NCBI GenBank assembly: GCA_963815195.1
Contig: CAWFGE010000013.1
Span: 896,001-960,000 of the forward strand
Source: an uncultured Planctomycetaceae bacterium
Lineage (GTDB): Bacteria; Planctomycetota; Planctomycetia; Planctomycetales; Planctomycetaceae
DNA length: 64,000 nucleotides
Direction: 5' to 3'
The notes beneath the pieces are model-generated. The model searched no databases. It saw only the letters and a program-made list of their open reading frames with translations, and had not been told where the DNA came from. A program made the translations under genes and the position numbers. Shown piece by piece: positions 23,634-36,069 of this stretch (position 1 is the first letter of the stretch; each line of letters starts with the position of its first letter).

Positions 23634-26205
23634 TTACTTCGCTTCGCGCAGTGTTGGCTCACCCCTCGTGCGGTAGAGAAACGCATCCGAGGTAAGCAGT
23701 GACACGAGCAGGGCTTTCATGCTGCCGCCGCTGTCTTTGTAAGCCCGATACGCTTCCTGGAGAACGGGCCCGTCGTTGAGGGTTTCATTGCGGCCCATCC
23801 AAAAACGGAAGGCGTGGCGGACGAAGACCTGCTCGGCGCGTTCGCTCTCCGCGAGTTTCTGAATCATCTCAATGGCGTTCGCGACCTTGCCGTCGAGTTC
23901 GGGAACGCCGGAAGCGATGATCTCACCCGTGGCGTCGACGGGTTTGTCGAGTTCTGTCTCTCGATACAGGCCCGCGTGGTTGTACATTTCGAACGGCAGC
24001 CCCAGGGGATCCATCTTCTTGTGACACGTCCAGCAATAGGTTTCTCGGGTGACCCGCATGCGTTCGCGCAGCGTGTTCTCAGGCTCGTCGGGCAGCATCG
24101 CATCCACGGTGATCGGCACATCGGGAATGCCGCCGCCCAGCAGCCGTTCGCGAATCCACCGGCCGCGCCGGATGGCGTGGTTGTCCATCGCATCCGAATG
24201 GGAAACGAGCCAGCTCGGATGCGTGAGAATGCCCAGCCGTTGACCTTGGGGCGCTGTGGCCAGAATACGTTCTGGTGTCATCGACCCGTTGCCGAAGCTC
24301 CGCCGACTCACGCGGGCGTAGATCCTCGGCCCCGAAAGATCAGCCCCGGCCACGCTGTCGTTTTCGTTCGTTCGCCGCCCCTGCTTCTTTGCTGCTGCTA
24401 GCTGTTTCTTTTTTTGCTGCGAGCGCCCGCTGCGTCGCCCTTTGTTCCGGGTTCGCCTTCAACCTGGCCTCGAGTTCTGCAATCTCTTTCTCCGCCGCCT
24501 CGAGTTCGGCGGCTTCTTTCTTCGCCGCCGCTTCCGCAGCCTTCTTTGCCTCAGCCACAGCCGCCTGTCTCTCTTCCCTGGTGCGTTTTTTACCGAAATA
24601 GACAGTGTCCGTCTTGGTGGCCACGATCTTGTCGGTCGTCAGCAATTGCTTGAAGACATCCTTGTCTTCCTGCAGGATGAGTTCAATCAGACGATCGGTG
24701 CTTGCGGTGGCATCGAACATGGCGCGATAGTGTGATGTGCCCCTTGTGCTTACGCCCGTTTCCGCCAGGGCTTTTGAGTCCTTGCAGATAGAACCGCCCC
24801 GGTCGTAATCGAAGTAATCGCGGAAGAACTGGAGCACCCGCGGCTTGCGGATGCTTTCCTCATGGAGCATGCGTTCGACTTCGCGCTTCACGTCCTCCCG
24901 AGTCCGCATCCGCCCTTGGGCGATTGCCTTTCGCAGCTCTTCGTCCGGCTTGATGTATCCGAGCGCGTGGTTGACCGCCAGGCCCAGTTCCCAGTCCTGG
25001 AGCATGACGCGTCCATAGCGATCCGGCTCGCCGTTCTCGGCCAGTTCCGGTCTGAAGAGTGCGTCGCGATCGAGAAAGACGGCGGACAGGCCGAGAACGG
25101 CGCCGTCTTCCTTGCCGAGCTTCTCGATGGACTGTTTGACGATCGCCAGGTAGGCGTCCGATTCCGTTTTGCTCGGAGGGCGGAAAGTCAGGGCTTCAAA
25201 GAGGTGGTCGACCGCAGCGCGTAAACGCTCATCGGTGACACCGTCTTCTTTCATCAGGTCATAGACCGGCGTCAGCGGACGCATGACCTTCGTGCTGTAG
25301 ACGAGACTCGTGGGCAGACCGCGAATATCCCCTTCCATCTTGTAGGAATTGGGATCGTCGGTGATCTGTTCCGGGTCGGCGATACTCAGCGGGCCGTAGG
25401 CCATGTAGCGAATGATGTCCTGAGCAATGCTCATGATCTGCGTCGCTTCCGCGCTGTTAACCGTGTAGAAGTCGGGGTAGTTCTCCAGCCCATGATCGCG
25501 CGCCGACGACAGGACCGCGGGGACGCTCTTGACTGCCGTGGCATAGGCCACGGTCCCGCCCTGCCATTTGATGATGCGATCCGTACCGAAGTAGAGCTTG
25601 AGTTCCCCGCCGTGGTTAGTGGGAACCGCATCGCCATGCGTGCGCAGCCCCGGCTTTTGCGGATCGAATGCTGGTTCCTTATTGATCAATTCGTTGAGGC
25701 GCGTGATGTGTTCCTGGGGAGTCACCCGCCAAATGCGGGCTGGCGAAGACGGGGGCACGAGTTTGATGCCATCCGGCAGCGGGCCGAAGAGCAGGTGATG
25801 ATCCACGAAATTGCCCTTGTTCGGATCGAGATGGGCCGTGAAGCCGCCCTTGTCACGCATGACACGCGAGAGTTCACCGACAATCCAGTCGGAAAACTGC
25901 AACCGCTCGACAACCGCTGGCTGCGGCATGTCCTCGGGCGGCATCTCCTTCAAGGTGACTTGAGCCCAGACCGCCTTCCAGGTGGCGGCGTTGATTTCAT
26001 CCACCGGTCCCAGCTCATTCAGCGAGAGATCGCCCTCGGGATCTGTCTTGCCATGACAGTCCACGCAATATTTCGCAAAAAACGGCCCGGCCAGGCTCTT
26101 GAAGTCTTTGTTGATCTTCTGCCCGGGGGTATAAGTCTCGGCGTTTGCCATGGACAGCAAGCCCGCCAAGATCATCATTCCCAATAAAAATCGGACCATG
26201 CTCAT
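23634..26205 (-). CDS. Planctomycete cytochrome-c / DUF1592-DUF1588-type protein; frameshift near 24350
   Basis: N-terminal CVDCH and EMPP; later [39 protein letters not shown] and [10 protein letters not shown]. Confidence 0.85.
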
Positions 26206-27521
26206 ACCAGCAGTTCCTTGAGGGGGCCGGTGCTGTCATCGAACTTGCCGGCCATTTTGTCGTCCATGTTGAATCGGTCGCAGCGAACGCCGGCGGCACG
26301 CAAGAGCGTCGTGTATAGCGCATTGACGGGCCGCCTGCCGTCCAGTTGCGTGAAACAACCGGTTTTGAATGTCCCGTCGAAGTTGCCCAGCAGCATGACC
26401 GGCCAATTGGCACCGTTGGTGTGTTGCTTGTCCGCGTTGTTGCTGGTGTAGACGATCAGCGTGTGGTCCATCATCGTGCCGCTGCCTTCGGGCACGCTTT
26501 CCAGAGCCTCCATAATCCGCACCAGCATGCGGCTGTTGTACTGACGGATTTTGATCCAGATCGGGTTGCCGGGCTGCTTCATGTGCCCGAGATTGTGGCC
26601 CTGTTGTTCAACGCCCAGTCCCTTCCAGGCACCGAAGATCTCGCCACGCCCCGAACCGATGGTCAGCGTGTTCGTAACCCCCGACGTGATCGCCGAGATG
26701 CCGAGATCCAGCAGCACATCGTGCCAGTCGGTTTCGAATTCCGGTTTGGTGTATCGCTCATCCACCTTGGGCGCGAACTTCCGCAAATGATCGGCCACTG
26801 TGTCGAGGCGATCGCGCAGGCCGTTGACCTCCTTGAAGCCCTCGACGTATTGACCATAGCGCTTTTGGTCCACGGTCGGAAGCGATCGGCCTTTTGCGGC
26901 AGCCAGTGTTTCGATCTGATTCAACACGTTCGATTGGGCTTCGTGTTGGCGCCTGATATCGCCTGTGGAAATGCCGCCGTAGAGCATCTGATAGAGATGA
27001 TTCGGATTCGAATGCATGAAGATCGGCTGCCCGGCGCCGCTGGCCGACAGCGTCGCAATCGTGGGCTTGGTCGTCATGTTCTCAATCGAGTCCATGCCGA
27101 TGCACAAATGAGGCAGAAGCGTCTGCGGCAGGACTTGGCTCAGTTCATAGTCGATCGTCGATGCACTCGGAGGCACGCCGTCCCCGCCGCGATAGCCGCC
27201 GAGCGCCCCGAAGAAGGCGCTGTGCGACGGGCTTGTGTGCATGCCATGCAGGCCGTTGATGATGTGCAGCCGTTCCTTGAAAGGTTCGAGAGCACTGATC
27301 GGCTCGGGAAGTTTGGCTTTCGCCAGCGAGCCGCTGCTGTGCATCCCTTCTGGAATACACGTCTGCGGATCGAAGCCCTGGTTCTGCATGAAGAAAACAA
27401 CCCGCTTCGGGGTCGTGTTGCTGGTGGGCGAGGCCAAGAGACGCTCGGGAAAAAGCGAGACGCCAAGCGCGGCACCGGCACCGGCTGCCATTCCTTGGAG
27501 CATCTTTCTGCGGTTGAGCAT
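26202..27521 (-). CDS. DUF1552 family protein (Tat-like N-terminus)
   Basis: NRRKMLQG leader, [23 protein letters not shown] and [13 protein letters not shown]. Confidence 0.85.
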   Translation of the reverse strand: MLNRRKMLQGMAAGAGAALGVSLFPERLLASPTSNTTPKRVVFFMQNQGFDPQTCIPEGMHSSGSLAKAKLPEPISALEPFKERLHIINGLHGMHTSPSHSAFFGALGGYRGGDGVPPSASTIDYELSQVLPQTLLPHLCIGMDSIENMTTKPTIATLSASGAGQPIFMHSNPNHLYQMLYGGISTGDIRRQHEAQSNVLNQIETLAAAKGRSLPTVDQKRYGQYVEGFKEVNGLRDRLDTVADHLRKFAPKVDERYTKPEFETDWHDVLLDLGISAITSGVTNTLTIGSGRGEIFGAWKGLGVEQQGHNLGHMKQPGNPIWIKIRQYNSRMLVRIMEALESVPEGSGTMMDHTLIVYTSNNADKQHTNGANWPVMLLGNFDGTFKTGCFTQLDGRRPVNALYTTLLRAAGVRCDRFNMDDKMAGKFDDSTGPLKELLV

Positions 27522-28045
27522 GATCGATCTTTCGATAAGGTTAAAGGTCAATGGGCGCTTATCTGTGTCCGATAGGACCGGTTGAGATCCCGACAGCATT
27601 CGCTGCATTCCGCAACGCGTTTTGTATTTGGGGGCGATAAAAGCGGCCGGCAAGGGTGGGTCGAAATCGGGGGTTTCGTTTGACTATAAAGATAGATGCT
27701 TGATGCATGGCATTTATTTTATGGGAATCGGGAATTCCGATTCAACCCGCCCCAGAAAATCGACGCAACCAAATGCGTGTAACTGGGTTATGGCCGATGG
27801 TTCATCTCGCGAATTTCCGAGAATGTCAGAATGTCGAACATTCGTTGACCTTCCGAGGCGTTCTGCTGCGAGCACCAATTCTCGCCATGCCGGCACATTG
27901 TCTTGGAAATACTCATCGTGACTGCTTCTGCGTCAATTAAAGCCGATGCCTCTTTCAACGAATTCGAAGCAGTCGGGGCGAGTGTGCCGGCCGGTTGTTT
28001 TGGGGAGAGCATCCTCCCGGTCCCAATCGATCGGCCGAGCCGGGC

Positions 28046-28548
28046 CTATTGAGACTTCGCCTTGATCTTGTCAAGCTCTCGCAAGTCGGCATTCGCGGCT
28101 TCGTGGTTGCCGCTTTTTTCATTCGCGAGCAAGCGGATTCTCAAGCCATCCTCGTCGCCCGGCGCATGCGTAAGAAGGTGGTTGCATCCGAGATTGCCGC
28201 GTCATAGTTCGCCTGGGCTAAATACACGCTTCCTCGCTCGCGGTAGGCGGGGGCGTAGTCCGCATCGAGCTTGATCGCCTGGGTCAAATCCTCCTCGGCT
28301 TTTTGGTAATCCTTCGTGTTCAACCGCGCCAAGCCCCTCAGCCACAACGCGTCCACGTTTTTCGGCTCCAGTTCGAGGGCCTGGCTGGAGAGATCGATGG
28401 CGGCTTCGAAGTCTTTCTTGCCGACTGCCTCGTTGGCCTTCAGCCGCAGGTCGGAGGCAGTTTTCGCGGTGTCGGCCTGTTTTGTCGAGCAGCCGGGCAG
28501 ACAGAGGGCGAGGACCAGCCAACAGAACGACGGGGATGGATGCGTCAC
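28046..28548 (-). CDS. TPR-repeat lipoprotein; frameshift near 28165
   Basis: Lipobox LPGC; TPR motifs ALELEPKNVDALWLRG and AIKLDADYAPAYRERG; the shifted frame continues PGDEDGLRIR...KAKSQ to a stop at 28046. Confidence 0.75.
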
Positions 28549-28755
28549 TTCTTCAGCCTCCTGTAGGAAGAGTAGGAAGATTCTGCCGATCGTGCGAGCC
28601 GCCCGTAGGCGAGCCGATGCATGGATTGGAAGGTGTTGAATTGTAGCTCAAGCGCAAATCCTCTTCAAACAAGGGCGACGCCCCGTCGTTTTCCGAGGAA
28701 GCTTGAGGCGATCGCGGTCTTGAAATTTCCGCCGACCTTCGAATGGCGCGCTCAA

Positions 28756-29667
28756 TCAGGAGCCTTCCGCGCGTTTGCCTTTTTGGTAGAGTTCTTCCAT
28801 TTCGATGAGCGTCACGTCCGCGAGTTGTTTGCCCCGGGCGGCGACTTGTTGCTCGATGAACCGAAACCGCGCGGCGAATTTTTCGTTGCTGCTTCGCAGA
28901 GCCTCTTCCGGATTCACGCCCCAGCGGCGGGCGATATTTGCGATCACGAACAGCACATCGCCGATCTCGCTTTCGACGCGGGCCAGCCGCTCGGCGTCGG
29001 CGACCGGCTCGTCCGGAGTGACCTCCGCATCCACCCGGGCGGGCATCTCGGGAATCTCGCCGTTCTCGAAGAGTTCCTCGGCCAGCTCTTCGATTTCCTC
29101 GCGGAGCTTGTCGAACAGCATCGCCCGGTGCGGAAAGTCGTAGCCCGCGCGGGCCGCCTTTTTGGTGATCCGGGCCGCACGGGCCAACTGCGGCAGCGCC
29201 CGGGGAACGCCCTCCAAAATGGATTCGCGGGATTTCTCCTCCTGCTTGATGCGGTCCCAGTTTCGCGAGACATCCTCCTTGGATTGGACCGGCGTTTCCG
29301 CAAACACGTGCGGGTGCCGGCGAATCATTTTTTCGGAAATGACGCCGATCACATCGATCAAATCGAACCGGCCCTCGTCCGCCGCGATTTGCGCGTCCAG
29401 CACGATTTGCAGCAGCAGATCCCCGAGTTCTTCGACGATGGCCTTATCGTCGCCGGCGTCGATCGCTTCCAGAAGCTCGTAAGTTTCTTCGAGCGTGTAA
29501 GGTTTGATGGTCTCCAAAGTTTGCTCGCGGTCCCAGGGGCAGCCTTCGGGAGAGCGAAGCTTCGCAATGATTTCGCAAAACCGGCCAAACGCGGGCAGCA
29601 ACCGCTCCGCATCCGGCGGCCGGCCCATGTTGTTCTCGGGGGAAAGAGGATCGCGGTCGTCAGTCAT
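28756..29667 (-). CDS. mazG: Nucleoside triphosphate pyrophosphohydrolase MazG
   Basis: [42 protein letters not shown] and KFAARF. Confidence 0.95.
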   Translation of the reverse strand: MTDDRDPLSPENNMGRPPDAERLLPAFGRFCEIIAKLRSPEGCPWDREQTLETIKPYTLEETYELLEAIDAGDDKAIVEELGDLLLQIVLDAQIAADEGRFDLIDVIGVISEKMIRRHPHVFAETPVQSKEDVSRNWDRIKQEEKSRESILEGVPRALPQLARAARITKKAARAGYDFPHRAMLFDKLREEIEELAEELFENGEIPEMPARVDAEVTPDEPVADAERLARVESEIGDVLFVIANIARRWGVNPEEALRSSNEKFAARFRFIEQQVAARGKQLADVTLIEMEELYQKGKRAEGS

Positions 29668-29824
29668 CGGGGCACGCCTTGCCATCTGGCAGTGAAAAAA
29701 GTGAAACTGTCTCCAGCCGCCTCCCGGTCGGCGAAAGTGCATCGAACGCCGCAAACGATCCGCGCCGAGGCATCACTCCCGGCCGCGTTATGGGGCTCAA
29801 CGTTGGCGACTTGATCGAAGATCC

Positions 29825-31894
29825 TTAGCGGCCGCCGAAGACGGGGATTCGCCCGTCAATGCCGACGCCCCAGGGCTCGGCGCCTGCGGGAATCGCTCCG
29901 ATGTCCGGTTTGCCTTGGTCCGCCTTGCGGAGCGGGTCGGGCCATTGTTCCGGGAGGACGAGCCCCGCATCGATCGCCGAGCTACCTGCGGACAGCCGCA
30001 GATCCGCGGGCTGGTTTGGGTCGTCCGTCAATCGGACGAATTTCGGGTCGGCGACGAGGTCGGTCATGGTCCAGCCGGGCTCATAGAACCGCCGGCTGTC
30101 GTTGAACAACGGCGACTTGCGGAGCCGGGCGAACGGGTCCGCTTTGCCCGCCGGTCCTTCTTTCAGTCCCCACAGCAGATTGCCGCCCTCGCGGAGCGGA
30201 AACGCCTGTTTGCCGAGGATCACCGCGCCGGGAACGCCCTCGGCTTGGGCGAACAGGTTGTTGAACGCGTCCCGCTCCGTCTGGCGGAGGCCCACGGCTC
30301 CCAGGCCGAACAAGAAGTAATTGCGGAACACCGGCTCCCGGCGGAGGAACGTGTTGTGATACACCCGCATCACCGGAAAAATCGGGCCGCCGTGATCGCT
30401 GATGAGATGCCCCTCGTGATGCAGAAACGCCCCGCTGGGATCCGCCTCTCTCGGCAAGCCGTAATACACGCCCGCCCGCTGGTCGAATATGTTGCGATAG
30501 ACGGTGACGCCCGTGTCGGGATCGTGCCCGGCCGGCGATTCGTCCGGGGCGATTTCGTGCTGCTGGAACACGCCCAGGCACGCCCCGATGCGGTTATGAT
30601 GAACATAGATCGAATGCCAGCGGAGCTTCGCCCCGCACTCCAGGCCGTCGTCGTTGAAATTGTCCACGAAATTATGATGGAACCTTAAATTCTTAACGTA
30701 GCGGAAGAACGCGAAATCGTGGTCGTCGGTGAACTCGCTGTGGTCGAACTCGATGTCCTCGTTCACCGGCTGCCCGTTTTGAAGCACGATCTGATACGTC
30801 GGCGTGCCGCGGTATTTCATGTGGGCCCGCCCCGACCAGGGCGCTGCGAGTCCGCGAAAGGCCGAGTTCGTCACGCGGAGATGCTGCGAGGCGTTGACCA
30901 GAAGGCCCGGGAATCCGCCAAACACCGTGAGGCGGTCGAGATCGATATTCTCGGAGCCGTAGATTTCGATCATCGGACTACCCGTCGCCCCGCGAAACAC
31001 CAGTCCCTGGATGCGGACGTGCCCGATGCCGTTGATCCGCAGCACATCGTCGCCGAATCCAACGGCCACAATCAACGGCAGCTTCCGCGGATCGGTCTCG
31101 CCGCGATAAGCCCGTTCGCCCAACCCCGGCAACGTGTGATGGGCCAGGCGGATGTGAATGCGGTTCGTTTCGCGGTTGAACCACAACCCCGGCCCGCAAT
31201 AAACCGCGCCTTCCTGTTTGCTCTGCGGCGAAAACTCGTTGGCGGAGCGGAGATCCTCGATCGTGCGGTAGCCATGCAAGGGAACCATGGAGTCGGCGAA
31301 GTGCCCGAGCGCGATCGGCCGCTGATCTTCGATGCCCCACAACGGCTCCCACGAGCCGGGCAGAAACTGGTGCGGCGTGCGCCGGTCCGCGGCGCCGGGA
31401 TACGTTTTTGTGGAAACATATTCGCCCGGGGCCCCGTCTTTTGCGGGCTGCCAGCTCTCGGCGGGCGATTCGAAAAACTCCCGCAGCCCGCCGTCTAGTA
31501 CCGGCTGCTCTCCCGGATAGGCGGAGATGATGATCGGCGAGTCTTCCGTGCCGGAGCGGGTCAAATAGACTTTTTCGTAATAGGTTCCGCCGCGAAGGTA
31601 AAGCGTCTCGCCGGGCTTGAGCTGGCGAACGCTATGTTGCAGGGTTTTCCAGGGCTTTTCGCGGGAGCCGTCGTTGGCATCGTCGCCCATCGTCGGATCG
31701 ACGAAATACGCGGGCACGGAAATCGCTTCGCTTTTCGCCGCTCGAGGCAAAGGCCGCTGGGGCGGATGGGACAACCCCTTCGCATCCGCGGCCCAAGCCT
31801 TCGCCGCCCCGAACATCACCAAGGCGATTCCCAATGGGAGAAGATAATAGCCACGCGAAGCGTTTCTCAGGCCGATCCAGCGAAACATACCCAT
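29825..31894 (-). CDS. Secreted DUF1565 / right-handed beta-helix (pectin-lyase-like) protein
   Basis: Signal peptide; YFVDPTMGDDANDGSREKPWKT...LYLRGGTY; C-terminal choice-of-anchor-like DLRLSAGSSAIDAG...PDIGA. Confidence 0.75.
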   Translation of the reverse strand: MGMFRWIGLRNASRGYYLLPLGIALVMFGAAKAWAADAKGLSHPPQRPLPRAAKSEAISVPAYFVDPTMGDDANDGSREKPWKTLQHSVRQLKPGETLYLRGGTYYEKVYLTRSGTEDSPIIISAYPGEQPVLDGGLREFFESPAESWQPAKDGAPGEYVSTKTYPGAADRRTPHQFLPGSWEPLWGIEDQRPIALGHFADSMVPLHGYRTIEDLRSANEFSPQSKQEGAVYCGPGLWFNRETNRIHIRLAHHTLPGLGERAYRGETDPRKLPLIVAVGFGDDVLRINGIGHVRIQGLVFRGATGSPMIEIYGSENIDLDRLTVFGGFPGLLVNASQHLRVTNSAFRGLAAPWSGRAHMKYRGTPTYQIVLQNGQPVNEDIEFDHSEFTDDHDFAFFRYVKNLRFHHNFVDNFNDDGLECGAKLRWHSIYVHHNRIGACLGVFQQHEIAPDESPAGHDPDTGVTVYRNIFDQRAGVYYGLPREADPSGAFLHHEGHLISDHGGPIFPVMRVYHNTFLRREPVFRNYFLFGLGAVGLRQTERDAFNNLFAQAEGVPGAVILGKQAFPLREGGNLLWGLKEGPAGKADPFARLRKSPLFNDSRRFYEPGWTMTDLVADPKFVRLTDDPNQPADLRLSAGSSAIDAGLVLPEQWPDPLRKADQGKPDIGAIPAGAEPWGVGIDGRIPVFGGR

Positions 31895-31993
31895 AACAAC
31901 TCCCCTGCGGTTGTGCGAGATCAAAGAGGCGCGGTGAAAAATGGACCAACGGATTGAGGGGCTTTATGATACCCTGCGTCCCAACCGATCGCG

Positions 31994-33032
31994 ATGCTGA
32001 TTCAAAACCGTCTCGAAGCCGAGCGGCCCAATCACGTCTGGACGGTCGATTTCAAAGGCTGGTGGCGCACCGGGGATCGGATGCGCTTCGAGCCCTTGAC
32101 GGTGCGCGACGCTTACAGCCGCTTCATTCTTTGTGCGCAGGCTTTGGAGAACAGCCGCACTCAGACCGTTCAGAGCGCGTTCGAGCGATTGTTCCTCCAG
32201 CAGGGCTTGCCGGAAGTCATTCGCAGCGACAACGGCTCGCCGTTTGCTTGCACGCGGGCTCCATTGGGTCTGAGCCGTCTGTCGGCCTGGTGGCTGGCAT
32301 TGGGCGTGGACCTGGATCGGATTCCGCCCGCGCGGCCGGATCAGAATCGCGCACGAGCGAATGCATCGGGACATTGCTTGGGAGTTGGAATGCGACGCCG
32401 AGGCCACGCTCCCCTCCCAACAGGCGGCCTTGGACGTATGGCGCGCCACCTACAACACCGAGCGTCCGCACGAGGCTCTGGGGATGCAGGTTCCCGCCGA
32501 TTTGTACGTTCCCTCGCCGCGCCGCTTCGAGGCGGACGAGTTGGTGTTGGAGTACCCGGCGGAGTATTCTGCGCCGCCATGTGGGCCCCAGCGGGGCGAT
32601 CAAGGTTCACAACATCCGCATCCCCGTTTCGGAAGCCTTGGCCGGCTGGGACGTGGGCTTGAAGTACGAAGCGGCGAAGCGTTACGGCTTGTGGTTTTGC
32701 CGGCTGCGGTTGGGCGAAGTGGACCTGGAAACCCAGAAGTTTACAGCCGTCAAGTCGTAAGACTGTTGGGGGCTTTGCCCCCAAACCCCCAGGATTTTTC
32801 GCCTGGGGTCCAAAGCAGGTTGGGGAAGACAAGAAGGGAAGCGAACCCTGTGGCGCGCTCCCCTCCTGCTTCGGACCCCACGCCGGGCGCTCGGGTTGCT
32901 TCCCAGCAGAGCCCTATCCTCCTCGTGGGTAAGGCAGTCTTCGGCGCTTTAACCGGAAGGTCTTTAAGAGTTCTCATCATCGTGTTGAGTTCCAACCGAA
33001 ACTGAAGTCCGCAACTTTTCTCGTGCCCCGCA
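31994..33032 (+). mobile_element. 5'-truncated, frameshifted IS481/IS3-type DDE (rve) transposase with a 3' non-coding tail and probable right terminal IR
   Basis: PNHVWTVDFKG, DAYSRF, IRSDNGSPF and YNTERPHEALGM; the coding part ends at about 32759; the element ends ...GTCCGCAACTTTTCTCGTGCCCCGCA (5'-TG on the minus strand). No left end was found. Confidence 0.8.
32766..32925 (+). other. Structured non-coding element inside the IS 3' end (candidate ncRNA or ssDNA signal)
   Basis: Helices 32766-32784, 32787-32808, 32804-32819 with 32865-32880 (15/16 bp), and 32836-32848 with 32893-32904. Confidence 0.55.
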
Positions 33033-33054
33033 CTCCGTCCTCGGCTCTCCGCGG

Positions 33055-35744
33055 TCATGTCATCTCTTCTTTGTTGACCAGGATCTCGTCGCCGTCGGGT
33101 TCGGCGAACGTGAAATTGTGGCGTTTGAAGATCGAGATCATCCGGCGGTTGTGCGTGGTGGTTTCCGCCCACACGCGGTGAACGCCCCATTTTTGCGCGA
33201 TTTCCATGCAATAGTCGGTGAGCAGCGAACCCAGGCCCAAATCCTGCCAGGCGTCCGCGATGAGCACGGCGTATTCCGCGTCCTGGCGGTCGGCATCGGC
33301 GACGAGCCGGCCGACGCCGAGCAGCTTCCGCTCGCTTTCCTCCTCGATTTCCGCCACGATGGCAATCTCGCGGTCGTAATCGATAAAGCAAAACCGCGCG
33401 GCCATCTCGTGCGTGGTTTCTTTGAAGATGTAGCGGAAGCGAAACCACAAAGACTCGCGAGAGCACGCGGCCAGCAGTGCGTGCCACATCGGCTCGTCTT
33501 CGGGTTTGATCGGCCGCAACAGCACAGCCCGGCCGTCTTTGAGCTTCGCCTTCCGGATAAACTCCTCCGGGTAGGGTCGAATCGCCAGATGAGAATACGG
33601 CTCGACGGGCTGAAGCAGAACCTCGTGATCGAGCACGATCCGGGCATCGAGGGCCACGACTTCCTCGGGCGTGACCAACAGCGGGTTGACGTCGAGTTCC
33701 TTGATCTCCGGATAGTCCGCCACGAGATACGACAACCGCATGAGCACTTCGACGAGGCGGTCGATGTTCATCGCCGGCCGGCCGCGAAAGTTTTTGAGCA
33801 AAGGCCACGAGCGCAGCGATTCGAGCATCCGCCGCGCGAGCCGCTCCGTAAGCGGGGGAAGTTCTAAGGCCCGGTCTCGGAACAGCTCGGCCTGAATCCC
33901 GCCGGCTCCCGCCATGAGGACCATTCCAAACACCGGATCGCGTTTGGCGCCCACGATCATTTCGCAGCCCCGCGGAACGGAGATCATCCGCTGAATCGTC
34001 ACGCCTTCGATTCGCGCCTCGCCGTTGTGCGCTTTCGCCGAGCGGACCATGCGGTCGTAGGCGGCGGTGACTTCTTCGTCATTGGGAAGATTCGAGCGCC
34101 ACGCCCCCCGCGTCGGTTTTGTGCGTGATGTCAGGCGACAGAATCTTCATCGCCACGGGATAACCGATCCGCCGGGCGAGCCGGACGGCGTCTTCCGGCG
34201 AATGGGCGGCGTAGGGCTTGGTGACGGGAATCTCGTAGGCTTCCAAGAGGGCTTTGGAGAGGCCTTCGCTCAAGATGTCGTGCCCTTCGCTTAAGACCGT
34301 ATCGAACACGGCCCGCAACTTGCCCCGGTCCAAGGGGAACTCGAGCGGCACGTCCCGCGGGGTTTCGTAAAGCACTTGCCGATTCCGGGTGTAAGACACC
34401 AGATACATAAAGGCCCGCACCGCCTGTTCGGGCGAGGAATAGGTCGGAATGCCCGCCGCGTTGAGCGTCTCGATGCCCTCGGCCACGCGGCTTGCCCCCA
34501 TCCAGGCCGTCAGCACCGTCTTGCGGGACGGCTTGGCCGATTGCACCACGGCTTCCGCCGCTTGGGTCGGTTCGGTCATCGCCTGAGGCGAGAGAATCAC
34601 GATCGCCGCGTCGACGCCCTCATCGGCCAGAACAATTCGCAGCGTCTCGCCGAACCGCTCGGGCGGGGCATCGCCGAGGATGTCGATCGGATTCCCATGC
34701 GACCACGCGGCCGGGAGCAGGTTGTCGAGTTCTTGCCTCGTCTTCTCGGACAACTCCGCGAGAACGCCCTGCCGTTCGATCAAAGCATCGGTGGCCATGA
34801 CCCCCGGTCCGCCGGCGTTGGTGATGATCGCGAGCCTCGCCCCCTTGGGCAGCGGATGCCTCGCCAGCAATTCGGCACAATCAAACATGTCGTCGAGTTC
34901 GAACACGCGAACCACACCCGCGCGGTTGAACGCGGCTTGATAAACATCGTCCACGCCGGCCATCGCCCCGGTATGCGAAGCCGCGGCCTTGGCGGATTGC
35001 TCGAAGCGGCCCGCCTTGTAGGCGACGATCGGCTTCTCGCGGGCAAAGGCCCGCGCCGCGGACATAAACTGCCGGGCCCCGTGAATCGATTCCACATAAA
35101 GAATGATGGCGTCCGTCCTGTGATCCGCCGCGAAAAAATCGATCAGGTCGCCGACCGAAATGTCGAGCATATTGCCGATGGAAACGAAATACGAAAACCC
35201 CACATTTTCCCCAGCCGCCCAATCCAAGACCGACGTGCACAGCGCGCCGGATTGGGAAATAAATGCAATCCCGCCGGGCCTCGGCGTTCCGGCGGCGAAG
35301 CTGGCGTTCAACTTGGCGTGCGGAGCCATCAGGCCCAGGCAGTTAGGCCCCAGGATTCGCATCCCGTCGAATTCCCGCTGGGCTTCGCGGATTTGCGATT
35401 CCAACTCTTTGCCAGCGTCGCCCGCTTCCGAAAAACCCGCCGAGATGATGACCAGCCCCAAAATCCCCGCCTGCCCGCATTCGCGGATTATCTCCGGAAC
35501 GGTCGCGGCGGGCGTGCAGATCACGGCGAGATCGACGGGCTTGGGAAGTTGGCTCACATCGGCGAACGCCGGCTTGCCGAGCACCGTCTCGTACTTCGGA
35601 TGAATCGGAAACAGCGCCGCCCTCAAAGCCGGCGTCGATCAGGTTCTGAAACACCGTCGTGCCGACGCTCGCAGGTTTCTCGCTGGCCCCGATCACGGCG
35701 ATCGCGTGCGGCCGAAAGATCTTTTCCAAATTGCGGATGGCCAA
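33055..35744 (-). CDS. Bifunctional acyl-CoA synthetase (NDP-forming)-like / GNAT acetyltransferase (Pat/YfiQ family); frameshifts near 35625 and 34090
   Basis: AVIGAS, GPNCLG, SQSGA, SHTGAMAG, TNAGGPG, HKTDAGGV, ELDVNPL and C-terminal GNAT CFIDYDREIA; TTG start after GAAGGAG. Confidence 0.9.
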
Positions 35745-36069
35745 GGCGTATCTCCTTCCAGCTTTCGCCAGCCGGGCCAGGGGCACGGTCTGGACAAATG
35801 GCGCATTGATGGCGTTGCCGTGTCGCCGACTTCGATGGCCCCTTCCGTCTGGCTGCCATATTAGACGTTTTCAACCGGCTCCCTCAAGAAGGTCCGACCC
35901 GATTTCACCGCGTTGGCGTGATTCATGAACGAAAGTTGATGGAAAGGTTTGTTGCCTTTTTTCGAGTGGTACAAGACCGGCGAGAAAGAAGCCCCCCGCC
36001 CCAAGATTTCCTCCATCCGGGCAAACGGTTATTGGGAATTCCGGCGAAGGGGGCTATACTGAGCGCATT

